DNA from: an uncultured Gemmatimonadales bacterium
GTDB taxonomy: Bacteria > Gemmatimonadota > Gemmatimonadetes > Gemmatimonadales > GWC2-71-9
Direction of reading: 5' to 3'
Assembly (NCBI GenBank): GCA_963709905.1
Contig: CAVPYI010000018.1
Coordinates: 350,214-414,213 of the forward strand
DNA: 64,000 nt
Shown: one piece after another, positions 56,794-64,000 of the stretch
Layout: every line of letters begins with the position of its first letter
How positions within the stretch are numbered: position 1 is the stretch's first letter
The notes under the pieces: generated by a model
Seen by the model: only the letters and a program-made list of their open reading frames with translations
The model's database searches: none
What the model was told of the DNA's origin: nothing
Made by a program: the position numbers and the translations under genes

Positions 56794-59180
56794 CCCGGGT
56801 TTCGTGGTGTCTGGTGGCGGTCCTCGGAACCGGGTTTGCCGGCGGCGCCACGGCTCAGTCGAGCGGCGCCGTCGAAGGCGTGGTTCGTCAGGCGGGGACC
56901 GAGCCCGTGCGGCTGAGCGGGGCGCTGGTGACGGTGGACGGCGGCCGATTCGTGACCAGCACCGACGAGCGCGGCTTCTACCGGGTGCGCGAACTGTCTC
57001 CCGGCTGGCACGTGGTGACCGCCGCGGCGATCGGCTACCGCCCGCAGAGCCGCGACAGCGTTCTGGTCCGGGCCGGCCAGACCACCGCGCTCGACTTCGC
57101 CCTGCAGCCTGACCCGGTAGGGCTCGAGCCGATCGAGGTCATAGCGGCCCGGGTGGACTCCGTCCTCGACCCGCTCGCGGTCACCGACCAGCAGCGCTAC
57201 ACCACTGAGGACCTCCGCCGCCTGCCGGTGTCGACGGTCGAGGAGGCGATCGGGCTTTCCTCCGGTGCCGTGGGAGAGAGCTACCGCGGCGGGCGGCTGG
57301 GTCAGCAGGCGTTCATTCTGGACGGCCTGGGGGTCAAGAATCAGCTCGATGCGTCGAGCGGGTCCCTCGGCGTTCGCGTCCCACCCGATATCCTGGCCGA
57401 GGCATCGCTGATCACCAATGGCTTCTCTGCCCGTTACGGGCAGGCGGTCTCAGCGCTGGTGAATCTTTCCACCCGGGATGGAGGCGATCGCTGGGGTGGC
57501 CGGCTCGCCTACGAGACCGACCGCCCCCTCGGCGGCGGCGCCGATCACGGTCTTGATCGCGCGGTCGTGGGATTCGAAGGCCCGCTCTTCGGCGGGATCA
57601 GCCTCATCGGAGTTGCCGACCTCTCGGCCCGGCTGAATGCCGACGCGGTCAACGCCCCGGCACCGTCGAACCCCCGCGATCCGCGGCACGCCGCCCCCTG
57701 GATCCTGCCGCACAACAGCGCCGAGCAGGCCGACCTCGCCGCCAAGCTCACCATCCCGCTCGGAGCGCGGCAGACGCTGCGTCTCCTTGGCCTGCACTCC
57801 ACCGAGCAGCGGCTGCTGTTCGACCCGGCGTTCAAGTACGATCCCGGGTTCGGTCCGGTCCGCCGGACCACCGGCAAGCTGCTCAACGCGCACCTGCAGC
57901 GGACCTTCCCGGGGCCCGGAATCACCGCAGACCTCAGGATCGGGTATTTCGGACGCGAGTTCATCCGCGGCCCGTCGGCCGAGTCCATCGATTACCGGTT
58001 CGGCGCGTTCACCGGGCAACACCTCGGCATTCTGGCCGAACAAATCGCCCGCGATCAGGATACCGCGCGGGCCCGAAACCCGCTCCCTGGCTACGCCCCG
58101 CCGGGGTTGAGCTCCAACACCCCGTGGGGTGTCCCGGCGTTCTTCCTCGGGGGCGCGTCGCGCGGCGACCTGGCCTGGAACCGGTTCCGCGAGGTCCGCT
58201 CTCGCCTCGACCTCGGCTTTCCGGCGGGGCGGAGCGGCGACTTCTACATCGGCGCCGAGTATTCGGGCCAGCGGGTGCAGACCTTTCAGCGGATTCGCTC
58301 CTACCTGCCCGCCGGCGACTCGGTCCCCCCACCCAGCGCCTCGGATTTCACGCCCTGGGCCGGGGCGCTCTACGCCGAGATGCAGCAGCGGGCAACCGAC
58401 CTGGCCATCACCCTCGGGCTGCGATACGACCAGTTCAGCGGTCGGGACGATCTGCCCGGGCAGGCGGCCCGCACCAGCCGCTCGCTTTCGCCCCGGTTCG
58501 CCGTGAGCACGGTGCTCAAAGGCGCCACGATGGTCGCCAGCTTCGGGAAATTCAGTCAGGCGCCGGATTATCAGTATCTCGCTGATGCCGCATTCGACGA
58601 TACCACCCGCACCGGCCGGTTCCGGCAGGGCAATCCCGACCTCGGGTTTGAGCGGTCCACCCAGTACGAACTCAGCCTCCGGGTGCGGCCGACGGCACAG
58701 ACCAGCCTGCGGGCCAATCTCTACGTCCGCCGCCTCGACGGCCTGGTGGCGTCGGTGCCGCTGGGCGTCAACCCCGACTCGAGCATCTTCGGCAACACCG
58801 ACGCCGGCTCGGTCAAGGGCTTCGAAGTCATTCTCGAGCGGGAGTTCACCCGGGGGTGGGGGGCACGGCTGAGCTACGCGCTCCAGCAAGCCACGGCCCA
58901 TTCATCGGATGCCTACTTCATCCGGCGGGTCATCCGCATCGACCCGGTCACCGGCGATACCATCTTCCCCGGGAAAGTGGAGTTTCCACTGGACTTCGAC
59001 CGCCGGCACTCGCTGATCGCCATCGTGACCGGCTCGGTGCCGGCCGGATTCGGGCCTTCCCTGCTCGGAACGAGACCGCTGGCGGGCATCGACGGCACGG
59101 CGATCCTCCGGGTCAAGTTCGGGCCTGCCGTTCTCGCGAGTCGATGCGGCCGCCGATTCCATTCTCGGATTGCCCAATGA
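56790..59180 (+). CDS. TonB-dependent receptor with N-terminal carboxypeptidase-regulatory-like domain (frame-shifted gene, main part)
   Basis: ORF-track start is 56775. GTG 56790 overlaps the upstream stop and gives signal VTRVSWCLVAVLGTGFAGGATAQS. CarbopepD_reg-like VEGVVR..GALVTVDG..TDERGFYRVRELSPGWHVV is followed by plug motifs (DLRRLPVSTVEEAIGLSSGA) and a beta-barrel. The frame is lost near 59105. Confidence 0.85.
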   Translation: MTRVSWCLVAVLGTGFAGGATAQSSGAVEGVVRQAGTEPVRLSGALVTVDGGRFVTSTDERGFYRVRELSPGWHVVTAAAIGYRPQSRDSVLVRAGQTTALDFALQPDPVGLEPIEVIAARVDSVLDPLAVTDQQRYTTEDLRRLPVSTVEEAIGLSSGAVGESYRGGRLGQQAFILDGLGVKNQLDASSGSLGVRVPPDILAEASLITNGFSARYGQAVSALVNLSTRDGGDRWGGRLAYETDRPLGGGADHGLDRAVVGFEGPLFGGISLIGVADLSARLNADAVNAPAPSNPRDPRHAAPWILPHNSAEQADLAAKLTIPLGARQTLRLLGLHSTEQRLLFDPAFKYDPGFGPVRRTTGKLLNAHLQRTFPGPGITADLRIGYFGREFIRGPSAESIDYRFGAFTGQHLGILAEQIARDQDTARARNPLPGYAPPGLSSNTPWGVPAFFLGGASRGDLAWNRFREVRSRLDLGFPAGRSGDFYIGAEYSGQRVQTFQRIRSYLPAGDSVPPPSASDFTPWAGALYAEMQQRATDLAITLGLRYDQFSGRDDLPGQAARTSRSLSPRFAVSTVLKGATMVASFGKFSQAPDYQYLADAAFDDTTRTGRFRQGNPDLGFERSTQYELSLRVRPTAQTSLRANLYVRRLDGLVASVPLGVNPDSSIFGNTDAGSVKGFEVILEREFTRGWGARLSYALQQATAHSSDAYFIRRVIRIDPVTGDTIFPGKVEFPLDFDRRHSLIAIVTGSVPAGFGPSLLGTRPLAGIDGTAILRVKFGPAVLASRCGRRFHSRIAQ

Positions 59181-59233
59181 ATCGCGACTGCCGTCGAGCT
59201 ATACGCTGGATCTGCTGATCCGCCGTCCGCTGA

Positions 59234-59569
59234 AGGTCGGCACAATGGGGAGGCAGCCTGTACGTCGATGTGCGCAACGTGCTCAACCGTCGCAACGTCA
59301 TCGCGGTGCGCCGGGATACCGGCACCGAGACCCTGCCCCCCACGACGATCCAGCAACTGGCCACCGCCGCGTACGCGGCTGATCCAGCGCCGATCCCGTA
59401 CGAGTCTCCGCGCTATCGCGCCTGGGCGGACCAGGATGCCAATGGGGTACTGGAGGGACCGGGTGAACTGATGCCGCTCTTCCTGGCCGCGGCACGGGAC
59501 TTCGCCCAGCCGATCTTCTTCTACGGGCCACCGCGACTGTTCCGGCTGGGGGTCGAGTTCGAGTTCTAG
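59234..59569 (+). CDS. C-terminal barrel strands of the TonB-dependent receptor (third reading frame; ORF-track piece 59270-59569)
   Basis: ..GGSLYVDVRNVLNRRNVIAVRRDTG...PRLFRLGVEFEF-stop is a canonical TBDR C-terminus ending in Phe. The middle piece (LPFSRVDAAADSILGLPNESRLPSSYTLDLLIRRPLKVG) lies in a second frame at ~59110-59250. Confidence 0.75.
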   Translation, partial: RSAQWGGSLYVDVRNVLNRRNVIAVRRDTGTETLPPTTIQQLATAAYAADPAPIPYESPRYRAWADQDANGVLEGPGELMPLFLAAARDFAQPIFFYGPPRLFRLGVEFEF

Positions 59570-59686
59570 GGGATCGAATCCAGAATTCCCATCGCTGCGC
59601 GAGGGCTTCGGGATGAGGAGTGGCGGCATCCATGCCCAGGCATGTATGCCGCCCTTTACGTTTCCCTCCCCGATCCATCTCACCCA

Positions 59687-60097
59687 TCATGCGGCCGGCG
59701 CCAATGGATCCCCCGCCGGCGGCGGTTCCTCCCGGGTCGGCGACGGGAGGTTCCTGGCGCTTTCCCAGGCCGCCAGCCGCTCCGCATCATCCCGGAATCG
59801 ATAGCGGTTGAGGCCGTCGAGCAGATCCACCATCCGCATGTTGTCGCGGGTGACGGCGTCCAGGTCGGCGGTGGCGCCGACATGCGCACCACGACCGCTG
59901 TTGACCCGATCGGACGCGGCGTCGTACTGATCGAGCGTCGACACCAGATCGGTGAGCATGGCCTCCGACAAGCCGTGGCGGAGGAACAGCTCCTTCCGAG
60001 CCAGGGCCTGATCGGCGATGGCGCGGGCGGCCGTGCGCCAGACGGTCCCCCGGGCGTTGAAGCGCGGGAGGTTGGGGCAGGGCACCGTGACGAGCAT
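59687..60097 (-). CDS. hypothetical protein
   Basis: ATG 60097 inside ORF 59687-60316. ..FNARGTVWRTAARAIADQALARKELFLRHGLSEAMLTDLVSTLDQYDAASDRV.. is helical and non-repetitive. No family recognised. Confidence 0.35.
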   Translation of the reverse strand: MLVTVPCPNLPRFNARGTVWRTAARAIADQALARKELFLRHGLSEAMLTDLVSTLDQYDAASDRVNSGRGAHVGATADLDAVTRDNMRMVDLLDGLNRYRFRDDAERLAAWESARNLPSPTREEPPPAGDPLAPAA

Positions 60098-60385
60098 GAA
60101 CGACGGACCGCGAGCCCCCCAACCACTTCGCGGCCGGGGGGAGGGCAGAGCATCAGGCATGCCAGAGCTCACGGGTGAGTTGTGAGGCAGGTCGGACTGC
60201 TCGTTGGCAGACGGTGGGCCATGGATGGTGATGCTGGCGCAAGTCAGGGGTGGGCAAGCAGCTAGGTGCCCATTGACCGGGGGACGTGCGGACTGGTGGA
60301 CGGCCGGCGGGGACACGACAGAGTGGTATCGTCGCCGATGGGTCGCGGTCTGGCGGAGTGTCTACTCCGGGAGACGGGGACAGTG

Positions 60386-60563
60386 GCGGAGGACGGAAAG
60401 ACGGAAAGACGGAAGGACGGAAGGCGGAAGGACGGAAGGAAGATTACAGTGCGTCAGCAGTTTTGCTGCATTGCCGAGCGCGACCGCCGGGCGGTCGGGC
60501 CGTCCGCCTCCCATGACCGTCTGACCGTCTGACCTTCCGTCCTTCCGTCCTTCCGTCCTTCCG
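60386..60563. repeat. inverted octamer-repeat pair (GACGGAA(A/G) x~6.5 at 60386-60440; GACCGTCT x2 + CTTCCGTC x4 at 60515-60563)
   Basis: Direct reading. Each arm is followed in direct orientation by AGATTACAG(T/C)GCG (60441-60453 and 60569-60581). Confidence 0.85.
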
Positions 60564-60599
60564 ACGGCAGATTACAGCGCGCCGGCATTTCTGATGGCG

Positions 60600-61140
60600 A
60601 CCGGCAGGATTCCGGGTCCGATGGCGGACGCTCCGGCGTGGACGCAGGCCGTCATTCCGATGACGGAGGTCGTTACAGCGGTGACGATGGACACTGCCTC
60701 GACGACGCAGGACGCTGCCGCCATGTCGAAGGACGTATGCACGATGACGGCGGTCCCTCCGGCGGCGACGCAGGTCGTTACCGCCGTGACCATGGACGTT
60801 GCCCCAATGACGGAGGTCGCTCCCTCGAGGACGGAGGCCGATACCCCGGTGACGATGGACGCTGCCGCGATGACGCAGGACGTTCTCCCGCTGACGATGG
60901 ACGCTACCGGCGTGACGACGGGCGCTCCCGCAACGGTGCAGGACGTTCCCCCGGTGACGATGGACGCTACCGGCGTGACGACGGGCGCTACCGCGATGAC
61001 CGAGGACGTTCCACCCGATGACGCAGTCGCTCCTGCGACGACGCGGGACGCTCCCCACCTGACGATGAAGATCCCCGCGATGACGGCGGTTACTCCCCCG
61101 ATGGCGACGGTCGCTCCCCCGATTGCGGCGGAGACCCGCC
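60600..61140. repeat. degenerate tandem array, ~25 units of ~21 nt (consensus roughly cGaTGACGnaGGACGcTnCCc); possibly coding (ORF 60594-61247 +)
   Basis: Direct reading shows units such as ggtgacgatggacgctaccg / gcgtgacgacgggcgctcccg / caacggtgcaggacgttccccc, and a 63-nt higher-order copy at 60948-61010. All six frames are open. Confidence 0.75.
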
Positions 61141-61610
61141 TGGGCGGCCGGGGCCGGGCCGGGGCGGGCGAGGTGGCGGTGACCGAGCGAGACCGTGAGC
61201 GGTGGCTGGGGGGGAGACCGCGGGGATCGTTCGGGGAGGCTGGGTGACCCAGCGCAGCCTAATCCGTCCGGGCAGCATTCCCGGCGACCCTAAACGCCCT
61301 AGCCCCCCAGATTCCTGGCATTCTCAGGATCATGGCAGGTCCTGTGAGGGGGCTGTAGACCCGCTGGGGGGCCAGCGGTTTCCGCATCGCCGGCGGAGAG
61401 TTGGGGGAGCGCCGACCTTGCGGCTTTTGTCCCCAGGCGGTCACTTTTGGGCAAAGGAAGCGTGGGAGCGCCGAGCTCCTCCACGCGTGCCTCCCGGATT
61501 ACGGGGGATTGGCGAGGGAGCTATGTGGGGGAGGGGTCTCTATGATCCGCCGGAGTGGATGCAGCCATGGCGGTTTAGGCCGCACTCAGCGCGGCGGCGC
61601 GGGGTTAGAG

Positions 61611-62934
<1,324 letters not shown>

Positions 62935-63694
62935 CCCTGATTATCGACGTCGAGTTACTGGCGATCCTGCCGCTGTGAGGTCAAGAAGAGCGATCTCCAT
63001 GTCGTCGTCCGCCGCGGCCTGGACCGGCGGCTTGGAGCTAGCAGCGCGGCCCCACGGGTAACTCGGGGCTGAGTTCACGAGTCGCGCCTTGCAGCTCGGA
63101 CGCGGAACGTGAGGCGGCTTTGAGGTTGGTGAGCCGATCCCGACGCCCCGTGCCACGCTCTTCATGGGTCGCCGGGCGATGGTTCGAGCCCGATGATCAC
63201 AACGGCCGCCATACAGCGCGCAGCGTTCGCCCGACCTCACCCACCGGCCCTCACGACGACTTTCGAAGCTCGAGTTGCGGAACCTCCGCCGGCGCGGTCC
63301 GCACAAACGTTTCACGCATCCGGGCGGTGCGCCGATCACGGTCCCGTGTGTGGGCTGACGCGGCGTTCGGCCGCACGGACGCATCGTCTCCGCCGGCGGA
63401 GGGGAGTGCGTGCAGGGCGCGGGACACCGGGCCGGCGCCGGCCGGAAGGAAAGCCAGGTGACGGGCGCGACGGGGGAAGTGAGGAGGGGTAGTACCGGGT
63501 ACCGGGTGACCGGTGCCCGGGCAAGGTGTCCTGCCGTGCTCGCCATCCATGGCAGGGGCAGCGGATTGTGGAAGCTTCCGCTGTGCGACGTGGCGCCATG
63601 TTAGGCCTTGGCGAGACAAGAACCGGACCGTACCGGGCCAACGCCATTGTTCCCCACAGAGGCACAGAGTGGGCCAGCGGCTGCTTGGATGTTC

Positions 63695-63723
63695 TTGACA
63701 GGCGGTGTCCCGGGAGCTAACTG
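63695..63723 (+). promoter_or_regulatory. candidate sigma-70-type promoter for the sigma-factor gene
   Basis: TTGACA (63695-63700), a 17-nt spacer, then TAACTG (63718-63723). It shares the extended -35 context CTTGACAGGCG with the 53010 promoter. Confidence 0.3.
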
Positions 63724-63745
63724 AGGGGCAGTTCGGAGGGCGTTC

Positions 63746-64000
63746 GTGGAGCCCTGGGCAGACCGCCTGGCAGTGGGGGACCCCGACGCGGCGTGGGATC
63801 TCTTCCTCGGGCGCTACCGCCGCCTTATCTTCGCCTCGATCCGGCATTACACGACGGACCATGACGAAGTCATGGATGTGTTTGCGCAGGCCTGCCAGCT
63901 TCTGCGCGCCGACGACTGTGCCCGCCTGCGACGGTATCTCCAACAACCGAACCACAGCGCCCGCTTCTCCACCTGGTTGGTTACCGTTGTCCGGCACCTC
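63746..64000 (+). CDS. RNA polymerase sigma factor, sigma-70/ECF-type, N-terminal fragment (runs off window)
   Basis: Not in the ORF track because it has no stop. GGAGGG lies 5 nt before GTG 63746, and the frame stays open to nt 64000. VEPWADRLAVGDPDAAWDLFLGRYRRLIFASIRHYTTDHDEVMDVFAQAC..FSTWLVTVVRHL resembles sigma region 2. Confidence 0.7.
   Translation, partial: MEPWADRLAVGDPDAAWDLFLGRYRRLIFASIRHYTTDHDEVMDVFAQACQLLRADDCARLRRYLQQPNHSARFSTWLVTVVRHL

Noticed and set aside
60600-61140. Possible CRISPR array (regularly spaced short repeats), likewise for the 7-8-mer arrays elsewhere
   Set aside because: Units are contiguous and degenerate (~21 nt, or 7-8 nt) with no unique spacers between them, and no cas genes are in the window. 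The architecture is tandem/satellite, not repeat-spacer.
63165-63200. tRNA-like T-arm motif GGTTCGAGCC at 63181-63190 next to the IS element
   Set aside because: Flanking bases do not form a T-stem, acceptor stem or anticodon arm, so this is an isolated motif match only.
62941-63997. Minus-strand ORFs 62941-63546 and 63251-63997
   Set aside because: They have low-complexity Arg/Pro-rich translations. The second overlaps the + strand sigma-factor reading frame, which has an SD, a promoter-like element and region-2-like sequence.

Overview
Visibly GC-rich bacterial chromosomal window (about two-thirds G+C by eye, not computed). The gene content (eight ADOP-type duplicated FtsX permeases, a 1983-aa Ig-like-repeat surface protein, NirK, many Arg/Pro-rich shadow ORFs) suggests a Gemmatimonadota- or Acidobacteriota-like organism; this is inference only. 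Left part (1-13.5 kb, mostly + strand): copper nitrite reductase nirK, small secreted and membrane proteins, TVP38/DedA-like and MscS-type membrane proteins, a three-gene succinate dehydrogenase/fumarate reductase operon, and pirin. Middle (13.5-52.3 kb, a ~39-kb run of minus-strand genes): a Vgb-like beta-propeller with a CxxCH motif, uppS translationally coupled to two membrane proteins, a wHTH regulator plus membrane protein, a 5.9-kb surface-protein gene with five ~690-bp tandem repeats, a sigma-54 two-component system, and a 23-kb MacAB-like block (1 adaptor, 2 ATPases, 8 tandem ADOP permeases). Right part (52.3-64 kb): a c-di-GMP-I (GEMM-I)-like riboswitch ahead of a lipoprotein / beta-propeller / TonB-dependent receptor cluster, a ~21-nt degenerate repeat array, a decayed IS3-family element, and the start of an ECF-type sigma factor gene. 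The most unusual unexplained signal is a dispersed family of 7-8-nt tandem repeats arranged as inverted arms at 12 loci, plus solitary arrays. Several lie inside operons, one is in-frame inside a CDS, and one pair encloses a four-helix-bundle / IVS-protein gene. Four apparent single-base frameshifts occur in otherwise intact genes (MscS, sdhA, TonB receptor x2). Where they can be placed they lie in or next to short G/C runs, so assembly indels must be considered. Hand-derived coordinates for repeats and motifs may be off by 1-2 nt.
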